DNA of 64,000 nucleotides from the human T2T-CHM13v2.0 reference genome, Homo sapiens: assembly GCF_009914755.1 (NCBI RefSeq), contig NC_060947.1; one strand, given 5' to 3'. A program made the position numbers and the translations under genes. Below the pieces are notes generated by a model. That model was not told the DNA's origin, did not search any database, and saw nothing but the letters and a program-made list of their open reading frames with translations. How positions within the stretch are numbered: the stretch's first letter is position 1; each line of letters opens with the position of its first letter. Shown here in pieces: positions 38,620 through 53,525 of this stretch.

Positions 38620-38803
38620 ATGTAGCCACCCCCGACCCCATACCACTCCCCCAACCAAAAAGAAAGCCATCTTCTCTCTCAGCACTCTTCCTAGATGATA
38701 CCATCTACTCTTGCATCTTCATTTCTTTATTCTTTTATCCACTCATATCACACGGTTTTATTGGGGGCCTACTAAGAGCCAGGCAATCACAGTGATTCCG
38801 CAG

Positions 38804-39266
38804 TATAGTGAGCTGAATGGTGGCCCCAAATATATGTCCACGTCCTAATCCCTGAAACATGAAAATATTACCTTATATGGCAAGATGTGTGATTAAATTA
38901 AAGATCTTGAGGGGAGGGGCCTATACTGGGTCAAATTATCTGGGTGAGCCCAATGTAATCACACAGATCCTCATAAGAGGGAGTCAGGAGGGTCACAGTC
39001 AGTGGAGATGTTACAATGGCAGTAGAGACTGGCATGGTGCAACATAAACCAAAGAATTCTGGCAGCCATCAGAAGCTGAAAGAGGCAAAGAACAGATTTC
39101 TCCCCTAGAGCCTCTGGAGGAAGTGCAGCCCTGCTGGCACCTTCATTTTGTCCCAGTGATACTGATTTCAGATTTCTGGCCTCTAGAATTGCAAGAGAAT
39201 ACATTTCTGTATTCTCAACCACCTGACTTGTAATAATTTGTTATGGTAGCTCTAGGAAACTAATAA
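38804..39266 (+). mobile_element. MLT1D solo LTR
   Basis: gtccacgtcctaatccctgaaac...gggtgagcccaatgtaatcaca...ctaggaaactaata. Confidence 0.88.
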
Positions 39267-39900
39267 AAACAATGAGCAAGATGAATGTGATTTCTGCTCT
39301 CATGGAATGGGCAAGACAGACACTAATAAAAAAATTAGGAGATCACTGAGTATTAGAAGTTGGAGGTGCAGGGCACTATGAGAACTTCTATACTAGCAAG
39401 CCCACAGCTCTCCTGCATCATCATACACATGAGAGGGACAAAAGGATGAGAGGGATGGCTGAGGGCTGGAAGAGAGACTTGGTATATTGAACAAGCATAG
39501 CAGCAGTGCATTTTGACCACTGTCCTTGATAATGTGAATTTACCACGGCATTGCTTTATGAGACTAACAATGAAAGGATATAAATCTCATCCTAACAGCT
39601 ATCAGTGTTTTCATGGAGGTTACACAGAGGCTTTTGTAGCCCGTGCCCAAAAGAGTACCTCTCTCTTTTGTTAATATATGTTCACAGGTTCCTGTTGAGG
39701 CATTTGTGTAGCCACTTATGCTGGGATGACAAAGAGATCTCCATTAAACTGGTAGAGACTGACTAGAGTGCCATTTTGAGAAACGCTCTGAAGCCATGTC
39801 CAGGTTCAATCAGAAAGGGTGTCATGATTGATTAGCCATACTTGCCATAGGCTACGTATCATGGAATGGGAGTATCATGCTTTTCTGTCCATGCTCTAGA

Positions 39901-40088
39901 CAGTGGCTCTCAAACTTTAGCTCACATGAGAATCACCTTGAGGGCTAGTTAAAACACAGATGGCTGGGCACCACTCCCAGAGTTTCTGATTCAGTAGATT
40001 TGGAGTGAGGCCTGACGTTTTACACTACTGTCAAGTTCCCAGGTGATGCCAATGCTGCTGGTCCAGTGTAACACTTTGGAAACCATTG
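39901..40088. mobile_element. MER5A MITE
   Basis: TIRs cagtggctctcaaac / tttggaaaccattg, flanked by ctctaga target-type sequence. Confidence 0.88.
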
Positions 40089-40336
40089 CTCTAGAGTGTT
40101 TCTGGAAATGTAATATAAGTACAAATCAGTTAAGGTCCTTGTTAAAAGGTAGATTTGGATTCAGCAGTTGTAAGTTGAGGCTCAACAGTCTGTATTTCTC
40201 GTCAGCTCCCAGGCAATGCTCATGCTCCATCATGGACTACACACACCTTGAAAAGAAGGGAGCTAAATAAATGGTTATCAATTGTGACAGGGCACACGAG
40301 TGTACCAAGGCCAATTTGAGGGGTCACAAATATTTA

Positions 40337-41056
40337 CAGTTAACCTCCCTTATCCACAGGGAATATGTTCCAGGATGCCTAGCAGATGCCTGAAACTGCA
40401 GACAGTACTTAACTCAATTGCCATCAACTAGAACACGTTTCTTCATGTCTTCCACCCACAAATTTAATACCTTTTCCATTTTAGCTAAGTACTTATCACA
40501 TACTGTGGTTGTAACTTTTGCAGTTTGAGATGTGACAGCAAAACTAGCACAATTTTTTTCCTTCTTCACAATTTAACAGATAGAAGATTTTTTCTTACTG
40601 TAGGTCTTAGCAACCTCAGCATGCAATTATTTTTCTTTATTTAAGTCAAGAACTTTCACCTCTTTACTTAATAGAAGCACTTTACAGCTTCTTTTTGTCA
40701 TATTCGAATGGCCGGCATCACTTCTCTTGCACTCTGGGGCCATAATGAAGTAAAATAAGGTTATTTGAACACAAGCAGTGTGATACCATGACAGTCAGTC
40801 TGATCACCCAGACGCCTACTAAATGACTAACAGGAAGGGAGTGTCTACAGTCCTGAATATGATGGAGAGAAGGATGATTTGTGTCCTGGGTCAGATGAGG
40901 TAGAACAAGGAGAGATTTTTATCATGCTACTCAGAACAGTGTGCAACTTAGGAATTGTTTATTTCTGGAATTTTCTATTTAATACTTTAATACATTGGTT
41001 GACTGCTGATAATTAAACATCCAAAAGGGAAACGATGGATAAACAGGGGACTACTG
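40337..41056. mobile_element. MER44C/D (Tigger7-derived) DNA transposon
   Basis: TA TSDs at 40335 and 41057; TIRs cagttaacctcccttatcca / tggataaacaggggactactg. Confidence 0.85.
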
Positions 41057-41432
41057 TAAAACTAATTACTATCTCTAAAAGTAAACTAGGGGAGATTCAT
41101 TTTTTCTCTGTTTAAAAAAGTCTGTCTTGCACTTGTGTACTTGTGCAGTATGAGAGAAAGGGATCCAATTATAGCGAATCACTAGGAATTGTGTGTAAAT
41201 TCAGAGACCATCCCATCTGTGCAGTAGTTCTTAGTGCATGTCGTGCCTCCAATGGTCATTTATTGTGTATAGCAGCAGAAAAAGGCTAAGACCACAGTGA
41301 TAGAGATTTAGATACAATACTTTGGCAAAGAACACCCTAATTCTTCCCACTAAGCTGAATTACAAGAACACCATGAAGGGTGAGGAAAGAGAGAGTAAGT
41401 TCTCTAATTAAAAAGAGCAAGTGGGAGCACAG

Positions 41433-41543
41433 TAGGGTGACACACATGCTGGTTAGCCCAGGTCTGAGTGTCTGCTCAGAATGCAGAAATCTCAATGCAA
41501 AATCCTGGACGGTGTCAGGAAAACAGGGATGTTTGGTCACACT
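41433..41543. mobile_element. MER81-like hAT-Blackjack MITE
   Basis: TIRs tagggtgac / ggtcacact, ~110 bp. Confidence 0.65.
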
Positions 41544-42668
41544 GGCACCCAGCGTCTTTCTTCTGCCCTCCTCACATCTTATGCTCCCATGTTACATAAC
41601 GTCCTGCCCCTCGCCAAACATACCATATTCTCTGGAAAGTTTCTGATGCAGTTCTGGAACATCATAACTGTCTCCTGAATATTAGCCATTATTATTTCAA
41701 CTGTGGACACTGCTGGAGACACACAGTATAACTTCCAGTTTCCTCACTTCTCTCCATCTCCAAAAAAAAAAAAAAAATAGGCAAAGGACAGGAAAGGAAG
41801 AGAGAAGAAACAGATTAGAGGCATAGGAAAAGGAAGAGAGGCTCTGATTTCGGAAGAGGCCACACAAGTGAGCAGGGAATTGTGTTTTCAGAGAGACAGA
41901 GAAGATATCACACACACACACACATTTCCTTTCCCTTCTTGTGTTCCCTTCTGGTTAGTTTTGTAGCTTTTCTTCTTTGCTCCCTACCCTGCTTGGTATA
42001 ATGGGCCTATAAAGTGGGCCTGAGGCTGCCTTATTCAGGGATCTGGTTTATTACAAACAAGCTGGAATCTTTGTGGATAAAGACGGTTGGACAGACAAGG
42101 GAAAATCACCCACCCAAAAACCTGCTCATCTGGAGTCACGCATGAATGTGTCAAGCCCACACGTTCTCTAAAGATAATTGGTATGCCCTGGTCATTCTTG
42201 CATAATTCAGGAATTCCAGGCTTGTGTTTTCTCACACAACATTGTCAACGAAGGGAAATAGAAGAACAGGGGTCTCTCTTTTTTGGGGGGACTATCTTCT
42301 GGGGTTGCAAAAGAGGAGATAATAAAACTAAATTCAAACCAAGCTGTCATATTTAGAACCCTGATGCTTTAAAAACCCAAGTTCCTATCATGGTCTGCAG
42401 CTTTCTCAGAAACAGCAGAAGAACTTTTAGTCAGTACTTGGATGAATTGCAGCATGTGTTGCGGGAGAAAAAAGCTCTAAGTCATGTGGTGTGGCTATGA
42501 ATTTTAGAAACAAATACATGTATGCAAAAATTAAGCTTCATTTCTCTAAAGCTTAACTTAGCTCTTATGCCTCCTATTTCTATTGAAGACAGAAAATGTA
42601 ACCTTACCAATACAAGGTAAACTGTCGTTTCTGTGTTTTTCCAGTCTCTTTTAAGTAAATACTTCGAC

Positions 42669-42872
42669 CAAGCTTGTCCAAACCACGGCCTGTGGGCCAC
42701 ATGCGGCCCAGGATGGCTTTGAATAAAGCCCAACACAAACTTTCTTAAAACATTATGATTTTTTAATGATTTTTGTAAAGCTCATCAGCTATCATTCGTG
42801 TTAGTGTATTTTATGTGTGGCCCAAGACAATTCCAATGTGGCCCAGGGAAGCCAAAATGTTGGACACCCCTG
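42669..42872. mobile_element. MER30 hAT-Charlie MITE
   Basis: caagcttgtccaa...gctcatcagctatcattcgtgttagtgtattttatgtgtggcccaagacaatt...ttggacacccctg. Confidence 0.9.
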
Positions 42873-44266
42873 ATACAGAGAATCCAGGACACTCCCTCTC
42901 CCCTTTCTTCTTTCCTTCATTCTGGGGGGTTAACATAGGGTCCACATATGTGTGATCTGCTTCTTGTCCTTGATCAGTTTCAGTCCTACACTGACATCCA
43001 CTGTCCATGTAATTTAGCCAGTCTGTTCTTTGCTATGTTGCTATATCCATTGCTGAATTTGCCTGAGTCCTCCTCTAGTCATTATTCCCCTGGACCCTGC
43101 TGATTGTTTTGCATCATTCTTTTTGACCGTGCAACTTCCCCAAGCCAACTGGCCTACTTTTAGACACCATGCCCAAATCATAGGAGACAGGAGTGGGTGT
43201 AAGGCAATGTCTTGCTAATCATTCCATAATGCCCTTGATGTTGGCAAGGTGTTGTGGGGTAGAAGTAGATATCTTTACTGGCCCCAGAGTGTCTCCTGAT
43301 CAAGGGATACCTCTGTCCTCAGAAGGAAAAAAAGAACCAGAGTAGCTCCAAGGGAAAAGAAGACAAAAAGCAGGCTGCTTAGCTTGTCTCTGGTCTGGGT
43401 AAAAAATGTCTTGGCCATGCAGAAAAGCTCACCAGAGAAGTGATCACACAGGGACCTGTGGTCAGAGTTCCGGCTACTAATTTGTTTTAAGATATGACTT
43501 CCACTTTCAGGAACCTATAGTAGTAGGAGAAAATGGCTTTAGGGTTAGTAGATTTGGAGATCTGGCCAAACCGCTTGTAACATCCAGAGACCAATTGAGC
43601 TTTATTTCCCCAACTATTGATTACACTTATTTCTGTTATGCTCTCCCATCTTCCAAGTAATATATTTTGGCATTAGCTCAGCTCAGTTATGTTGGCATTG
43701 CAAAGAAACACTTTTCTCCGTAAGGCAAGAGTTACTGTAAAGTGATCTTTACACAATCTCTCAGGTGTCTTCATTATTGAAACCCACAAAAAAACTAATT
43801 ATCAAATGTTTTAATGATAACATCTTAGCATGTGTTCCTTCCTATTAGTTTAGAACAATGTATCTGGTTTTTTTAATAAAAGATGTAGTTCATTTTAGTT
43901 CAACAGAAAAAACATTTTTAATCAAATACACCTTAGTAAAGGGATCGTTTTATTTGATATAGAAATTATAATGCTGGACTACTATAGCAGTAGCTGAAGG
44001 AAGTAGATGTGCAAAATTTTCCTTACAGCAATTTGGCCATATGTACAAAGTAGTCTTAAAAACATGTTTATGCATATCCTTTGTTTCAATTGCACTTCTA
44101 GGAATTTATAGTAAGAAATAATTAAAGCTGTATGAGCAGACTGTGCTTCTACTTAGGATATAGAGAGATGCAATTGACTATCTCCTCCACCCTAACAATG
44201 AGAAAAAGCTGGATAATTTATAAAAATGTAACATTTATTTAACCCATCAAAAATCTGAAGGCATAG

Positions 44267-44699
44267 GATCTTAGTCCATTTAGTGTTGGTACAAAGAAAT
44301 ACCTGAGGTTGGGTAATTTATGAAGAGAAAAGATTTATTTGGCTCATAATTACGCTAGCTGAAAGGTCCAAGATTTTGTGTCTGGTGAGGGCCTCAGGCT
44401 GCTTCCTCTCATAGCAGAAGGTAAAGGGAAGTCAGTGTGTGCAGAGATTGCATGGTGAGAGAGGAACCAAGAGGTCGGGGAAAGAACTAGTTTGTTTGCT
44501 TTTTTTTTTTTTCAACCAGTTTCCTTCAACTAATACACCAAGAACTCACTCACCCTTTCCCTGAAGGAGGGGATTAATTTATTTTATTCCTGAGTGATCC
44601 ATCTTCACTCCCCAAACACCACCCATTAGACCCCATCTCCAACACTGGGGATAAAATTTCAACATGAGATTTGGAGGGGACAAATATCCAAACTACAGA
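44267..44699 (-). mobile_element. MSTB1-like MaLR solo LTR
   Basis: tcttagtccatttagtgttg...tctggtgagggcctcagg...tttcaacatgagatttggaggggacaaatatccaaac. Confidence 0.85.
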
Positions 44700-45145
44700 C
44701 TAGGGAAAACAAGCAAAATGAGTTCCATGGTAACCAACCACTGTAAAAAGAGATGAGACACATAATATCTTTCATCTTTGGCAGAGCAGAAGGGAAAATG
44801 AGGGAGCCGCACAAGTGGTTAAGAAGAAATAAGCTAATTTTTTAATTAATTCTTAAAAGACAAGTGGGGATTGGCATATCAGTTTGGAACATATAAAAAC
44901 CACAGACATAAGGAGAGCTCACACTCACTTCCACAGACCTCTACAGGATGTTCAATAAAAAGGTTGAGGAAAAGTCAGGAGACTGAGGAGAACTCCTCTC
45001 AATGCCACAGATATGCAGGAGGTGATTGGCTACTGCTGGAGAAAGACACAAGTCCCACTTGCTTCCCTCACCTTTCATTTCTCTGAATCAAATGCTTTAA
45101 GTTACTGGTGAAATGGCAGCAAATTATTTAGCTCCCAGGCCACTA

Positions 45146-45596
<451 letters not shown>

Positions 45597-45903
45597 TCAG
45601 GATCCTGAAAGGATATTATATTACCTAGGAGAGGGGAAGGAAACTCCCACACCAGATCAACCACAAAACAAATTAGAGTTTGACTGCCACACAAAAGAGG
45701 TAAGAACGCTGAGAAAGCCCTACGTTTGAGGCCCAAGTGCACAGGACTTATCTAAGGAAGAAGCTGCAGTAAGACAAAAGAAAATCATTCCATCCTCCAC
45801 CATAAGCCCAGCATGGAGTAAGAAGCAACAGTAGTTTAGTAAGCATGTATAGAGAGTTCACTGCTGTAGTGCAGTTGTGAATGGACAAATAAAACTGAGG
45901 GGA

Positions 45904-46302
45904 TGTGTTAGTCTGTTTGCATTGCTATAAAGAAATACCTGATGTTGGATAATTTACATAGAAAAGAGGTATATTTGGCTCGCAATTCTGCAGGCTCTAC
46001 AAGAAGCATAGCACCAGCATCTGCTTCTGGTGAGGGCCTCAGAAAGCTTCCATTCCTAGAAGAAGACCAAGAGGGAACAGCTGTGTCACATGATGAGAGA
46101 GGAAGGAAGAGATATTTCAACAATTAGCTCCTGCATGAACTCATAGGATGAGAACTCACTCATTACCATGAGGATGGCAACAAGACATTCATAAGGGGTT
46201 TACCTCCATGACCCTAATGCCTTCTATTAGGCCCCACCTCCAACATTGGGGAACACAGTTCAACATGAGATTTAGAGCTGACAAAACACCTAAACCGTAT
46301 CA
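45904..46302 (-). mobile_element. MSTB MaLR solo LTR
   Basis: TG...CA ends, 5-bp TSD gggga/ggggg, cagcatctgcttctggtgagggcctcag. Confidence 0.9.
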
Positions 46303-48366
46303 GGGGGGTAATGGAAATACTGAGAAAAACCCACTCACACCCCAGTCCCATCCTAAGCACAAGGTAACAGCAACCAATATCTGGAGGAATTTAAAGTTCA
46401 TGCCACACTTAAGGTAAAAACAGCAACAACAAAACCCAAATTCCATTCAATTTCTGACTACATTGATTCAACCCCTAACACTAATGGCCTGACTGAATAA
46501 GATACGTACTCATTGCCAGGATAAATACTATTTACTTCTATATCTAATGTTCTTCTATAAATGATGTCCAGCATTCAATCAAAAATTACAATAAACACCA
46601 AAAAAGTAAATTTAAGAAACATTGTCAGAGATAACGTAATCAAAAGAACCAGATTCAGTGATAACCTATTTGTTGGAATTTTTAAACAGGAATTTAAAAC
46701 TAAATACTAACATATTAAAGGCAAAAGGAGTATGATGATAGATGGAAATTTGGACATATGTAAATAAATTAAGAGTGTCAGAAATGGTAAAGATTAAGGT
46801 AAACATAAAATATACTATTTTCACATTTCTAATCACTTTAAAAGATAATTCATAAGTTCAAGTTCTCAGTAATTTGGAGAAAACACACTCTATACTCTCT
46901 CCTACTGAATGTAGTTAAAAAACCTTGGTTAAGTGTGTGAGTTTCTATTCAAGGACTCTGAAAAGTAGATAGTAGCAGGAAGACTGGAGCAGTAGACCAT
47001 AATTTAAAGTATTACCAATCCAGCAATGAGTTTACCATTTTGTACCTCCTCTGATATCCTCCAGCCTAGACTTAATGCAGCCCAAAACCTGCAAGTGGGA
47101 GTTGGCATGAACAGAGGAAGTTTTAGGAAAAACCCTCTAGTTATCACTTAAGAAGCAGGGAAGTAACTTTCAAATGCTCAAAATGAGGAAAATTAACATT
47201 TTTAAAATGTCTCAATTTTCTCACACTCTAGTCCCCAAGCAATACTGTATCAGTGGCAGCAGCAGCAACAGAAGCAGAAACAGGGGTTGGTAGGGGCCAA
47301 AAACTCCAAGAGAGTGGGACTGTCCTTTCAAATGAGAGGACCTGTGGTCCAGAAAAGGCAGACTGAACCTGCATTGCATTTCTTCCTCTGTCCTCCCAAA
47401 AGCTGGTGCCAAATGTGGGCATAGTCATGGGAAATGCACAGTAGTGTGGGGGTAAAGACAGCCTTAGCTACTGAGCCAGAGGACCAAAAAAGGGAGGAAC
47501 AGGGAACCAAAAGTACCTGTAAGACTCTAGAAAGCAAGAGAGTATATCAGGATAGAAAACCCATAACATTGTTTATGAAATCATGCGCATGTGTGAATTA
47601 GACCCTGAAAAGCATAACGTAACTTTGAAAGCTGAGGAGAAGGTAGTCTGCATTCAAGTCCCAGATGGAACACTTGGTGGGACACACATGGGACCAATAA
47701 CAATCATACTTCAAAAACTTTGAAAGTGGAACTAACATTGATATCACAACCCACAGAAGGATGGTTAAAACTTGGGACCTGAACCTGACAGAGGTGACTG
47801 CTTGTGAGAGCCAAAATATCAAGATTTTCCATTAGATTTAAACAAAACCCAGACTCTTGCGATATGATATTTTAAATGTTCAAGATGAAATCCATAACTT
47901 CTCGGTACATAAAGAACCAAGAAAAGGTAAACTTGCATAGGAAAAAATAATCCACAAACATCAATGACCAAATGACAGACATTGGAATGATCAGACAAAG
48001 CAGCTATTAAAAATTGTTTGTTTAAAGAAGCTGTTATAAAAATGTCTCAAAAACTAAGGATGAATGAATGAAAAGTATAAACCTTAGCAAAAAACGATAC
48101 AAGAACATAATGTAATTTTTTGAATTGAGAAATACAATTAAAAAACATAATAAAAGGGCTCAGTAGCAGAATGGAGATGACAGAGAAAGAGGCAGGAGAA
48201 CTTGAAGACAGACCAATCGACCAATAGAAATGATCCACTATGAAAAACAAAGGGAAAAAATTAAATTAAAAAACAGATCCTCAGACACACGGAGACAACC
48301 AAAAGGTCTAACTGTTAAGTCATTGAAGCTCGAGAGGAAGAAGGGTGCTTAAAAATTATTTGAGTA

Positions 48367-48657
<291 letters not shown>

Positions 48658-49199
48658 TTATTTGAACAAATTATGGATGAACATTCCCCAAAGTTGGGGT
48701 AAAACATAAACCTATAACTTCAAGAAGCTCAATGAACCCCAGACCTCAAAAGATAAGCCTAAAGAAATCCATGCCCATCATAATCAAATTGCCAAAAACT
48801 AAAAACAAAGAAAAAACCTTATAAGCAGGCAGAAAGAAATAGCACATCACCTTTAGCGAATGACTAGATTTCTTGTAAATAACCATGGAGATCAGCATTT
48901 CAAAGGACTGAAAGAAAATAACTGTCAACCTGAAATTCTATATTCAGCATAAATATTCTTCAGAAATAAAGGTGAAATAAACACATTTTCAGATGAAGAA
49001 AAATGAAGAGAATCTGTTGTCAGCAGACCTGTCATAAAAGAACTGCTAAAAAAAGTTCTTTGAGGAGAAGAGAAATGATACCTAATAGAAACTTGGTAAA
49101 TCAGGAATGAAGAAAGTACAACAGATGTAACAAGTATCCGGGTAAACATAACAGAACAATCTTCTCTTCTTGAATCCTTTAAAATATGTTTGATGGTTA

Positions 49200-52100
49200 A
49201 CTATTCTTTAAACATTAGGTGGAATTCGGCAGCAAAACTCTCTGAGCCTAGAGATTTATTTTTATGGAGTTTTGAAATTAGGAATTCAGTTTTCTTAGGA
49301 GTTATAGGGCTATTTGAATTATTCATTTCATATCAAGGGAGTTGTAGTAGTTTTTGCTTTTTGAGGAATTGGTTTCTTTTATCTCAGTTGTCAAATTTAT
49401 GTGTGTACAGCTTTTCATAGTTTCCTTTATTATCCTTTTGCTGTCTGCAGGATCTGTAGCAATATCTCCTGTTTCATTCCTGATATTGGTAATTTGTGTC
49501 TTCTGGCTTTCTTGTTTTTATTTTACAGACTTGTTACAAGTTTTTTTCCCCAATATTATTAATCTTTTCAAAGAGTCAACTCTTTACTTTGAAACAATGT
49601 TCTTCTCTATTGATGTTATAGTTTCAATTTCATTGATTTTTGCTGCTTATCTTTAAGATTTTCTTCCTTCTGCTTGCATTGGGTTTATCTTGCTCTTCTT
49701 TTTCTAGGTTTTTGAAGTTAGAGCTTAGATTATTAATTTAAGACTTTTATGCTTTTCTGTTGTATGTGTTTAGTGCTACAAAGTTCCCTCTCAGCACTAA
49801 TTTAGCTGTGTCTCATGAAATTTGATATGTTTTATTTTTATTTTAATTCCATTCAATGTATTTTTTATTTCCTTGAGTCTTCTATTTTATCTGTAGATTC
49901 GTTAGAATAATGTTGTTTAGTTTTCAAGCGTTTGGAATTTTTCTGTTATTTTTCTGTTATTAGTGTCTAATTTGATTTCATTGTGGGTGCAGAACACACT
50001 CTATATGATTTCAATTTTTAAAAATTGGTTGAGGTTTATTATGTGGCCGAAGATACAGCCTCTCTTGGTAGATATTCTGTGTGTACTTGAAAAGAATGTT
50101 TATTCTGCCATTATTGGGTGGAGTGTTCTACAAATTTTGATTAAATCCTGTTGATTCATTGATTATATTGTTTATTTTATATGGCCTTGCTGATTTTCTG
50201 TCTAGTTTTTCCATCAAATGTTGAGAGAGTGTTGTTGAATTCCCCAACTGTAGTAGTGGATTTGTCTATTTCTCCTTTTTATTTTTTTATTTTTTTGCTT
50301 TGCATATTTTACCATTCTGTTGTTTCATGCATGTGCATTTAGGACTACCATGACTTCTTAGTGGATCAACCCACTGGTCATTATATAATGTTTCTTTCTT
50401 TCCTTCATGAATATATATTTTTTGGCTCTGAAGGCTACTTTGTCTGATATCAATAAAGGCACTCCTGATGTCTTTTTATCCCTCCTTTCATTTACAACGT
50501 GCTGCTATTGTTACATTTGAAGTGAGTTTCTTACACACAGTACATGCTTGGATTGTGATTTTAATCCATAATGGCAATCTCTGTTCTTAATCAGTATATT
50601 CAGACTATTTACATTTAATGTAACTATTACTTTGTTAAGACCCGTCAATTTATTTTTTGTTTTCTGTTTATCTTCTATATTTTTCTTCTCCATTTTCTTG
50701 TTCCTGTATTCTTGTGGGCTACTTGAACAATTTTCAGAACTCCATTTTGATTTATCTAGTGTGTTTGAGTTTTTCTATTTGCAGTTAACTTAAAGTAGTT
50801 TAAGATACTTTCACTATATATATCATTACACATGCATAACATATTGCAGTTTACAGGTGTCATCATCTAACCACTTGGAGTGAAGTGTAAAACCTTACCT
50901 CTATTTACATCCTTTCACTTTGTCACTTACAATATACTTTCCTTGTATAGTTCATCTATGTACAATTAGAATCATATGAGACTATTATAATTTTTGCTTC
51001 AACTGTGAAGCATAATTTAGAAAACTCAGCAGGAAAAGAACAATCCATTTTATTTACCCATATTCTTATTTACTGTGTTCTTTCTTTCTTCCTGATGCTG
51101 CAAGCTTCCTTTTTAATCATTTTATTTTTTTAAAGAACTGTCTTTAGTCTTTCTTTTAAGATAGGTCTGCTGGTGACAAATTCTTTTAGTTTTCCTTCAT
51201 TTGAAAAGTTTTGATTGCCCCTTCATTCCTGAAGGATATTTTCAGTGGGTATAGGATTATGTGTTGACAGTTTTTTAGTTTCAGCACTTGGGAACATTGT
51301 GCCAGTGTTTTCTAGACTTCATGTTTCTTTTCTTTCTTTTTTTTTTTTTAATGAGAAATCGTCTCCATTCCAATTGTTTTGTTGTTGTTGTTTTTTCTCT
51401 ATAGGAAAGGTGTTATTTTTTCTCTCACTACTTTGAAGATTTTTTCTTTACCTTTATTTTGCAAAAGTTTAATTATGATATGTCTTAGCATGGATTTATT
51501 TGAGTTTATTCTTTTCAGGTTTGTTTAGCTTCTTAAATCTGTAGGTTAATGTCTGACAAATTTGGGAAGTTTTCAGCTATTATTCTTAAAGTACTTTTTC
51601 AGCTCTACCTTCTTTCTTCTCTCCTCTAGGACTCCTACTAATGTTACATATTTTGTCTTAGTCCTACAGGTCTTTGAGGCTCTATTCCTTTTTCAATCTA
51701 TTTTCTCTTTTGTTCACACTGGGTAATTTTTATTACTCGATCTTTCAGCTCACTGATTCTCTCCTCTGTCCCCTCCATTTTGCTGTTTAACCCATACACT
51801 GAGATGGTTATTTCAGTTATTGTGTTTTTCTGTTCTAAAATTTATAATTTTTTCTTCTTTACATTCTCTTTTTTTTGAGAATTTCTATTTCTTTTCTGAG
51901 GCTTTCTACTTTTCACTTTTTGGAAGCATGTTTGTAATTGCTTCTTGAAGTATTTTTTATGATGGATAACTTTACATAGTTGTAAATAATTCTAACAGCT
52001 ATGTTATCTTGTTGTTGGTGTCTCCAGATTGCCTTTTCTCATTCAGTTTGAGATTTTCTTTTTTTTTTTTGTATGCCATATAATTTTTGAGGGAAACCTG

Positions 52101-53066
52101 GGGAATTCTGTATTATTTTATGAAATTCCAAATCTCATTATTTAAAAGCTCTGCTTTAGCCAGCTGTATCTGACATCAGTCTGGGAGGGGAAGGGTGATA
52201 GAGCCTTATTACTGACAAAAGGGGTTAGACATCCAGATCTCCCACTTGGCCTCTGTTGACACTTAAGAGAAGGCACCCCTTACTGTGAGAGGTGAGAGGG
52301 TTCTGGATCCCCATTAGGCTTCAGTTGATACCTCTCTGGCTGGGAGGGGTAGGAGTGCTTTGTTTTTGCTCTCTACATGACCACTACGGACACCTTGAGG
52401 TAGAAGAATGGCTTCATTACAACTGAGAGGTGCCAAAAGTCCTGACTTTTCACTAGGCCCTCTCTAACACCACCCCAGTAGAGAACTGGAGGAACACTCC
52501 ATTAAAGCCATTTGGGAATAGAAGTCCAGGCTTCCCACTTGATCCACACTGACACCAGAAGCAGAGGGTCTCACTACCAACTGGTGAGGATGAAAGTAAC
52601 TCCCTACTTGGTCTTCTCTGACACAATCCCGGTGACAGTTTGGGTCTATTTGTTACAAGCTACAAAGGTGGATGTCTAGCCTACCCACACTTTATTTGCT
52701 TATATGAATGGTTGTAGGACAATTGCTTTTTCTGTTGTATTTGGCTGGAGTACAACAGTTACTGTTTAAAAATTTCTGTCCTGCTATGCTTCCCCTTTAC
52801 TGGTCCTTTGGTTAGAGAGGGAATGCTTTGATTGGAACACTTTTATTTTGTCTGTACCCATTAGTGTTTCTGAGTTGGTGATTTCTCTAGCTCTAAGTCT
52901 GAGATATATGAGACAAAGAGAAAACCCTGGGAACTCAGTACCATGTCCTATCTTTTCCAAAATCTTTTTATGTTTGTTTTGTATATAAGTTCCAGGGTTT
53001 TAGTTGTACTTAGCAGGGGAAACAGGATAAAGCATATCTGCTTCATCGTCTAAGAAATGAAAGTCT
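49200..53066 (-). mobile_element. Ancient L1M (L1MC-like) antisense: 5'UTR, ORF1, spacer and endonuclease region
   Basis: T-rich antisense L1 motifs; ORF 50511-50693(-) resembles the ORF2 N-terminus (VTLNVNSLN). Confidence 0.8.
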
Positions 53067-53069
53067 TCT

Positions 53070-53525
53070 GCAAATGTTTAAGAATTGAAATCATTCAAAG
53101 TATGTTCTCTGGTCACAAAAGAATAAAGCTAGAAATACATTATAAAAACATATCCAGAATATACACAAACATTTGAAAATCAAGAAATATACTTCTAAAT
53201 AAATCATGATACAATAGAGACATCACAAGGAAAATTAAAATATTTTCAGTTTAATACAATTAAAAGCATAACATATCAAAATTTGTTAAAGGCAGCTAAA
53301 GCAGTGCTGCGAGAGAAATTTATAGCACTCAAATGCATAAATTAAAAAAAAGAAAAAGTCACAAATCAATAATCTAAGCACACACCCCCAAAATCTAGAA
53401 AGAGTAGAGGCAACTAAACACAAAATACCAAAAAGAATGAGATAATAAAAGTAAGAAAATTAATAAATAGTTTAATTTGGGTTTAACCCATTTAACCCAG
53501 GAATGTAAAGCTGGTTCAAAATTTG
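53070..53525 (+). mobile_element. Ancient L1M ORF2 fragment
   Basis: gaaatcattcaaagtatgttctctggtcac...gcagctaaagcagtgct...aaatttatagcac. Confidence 0.8.
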
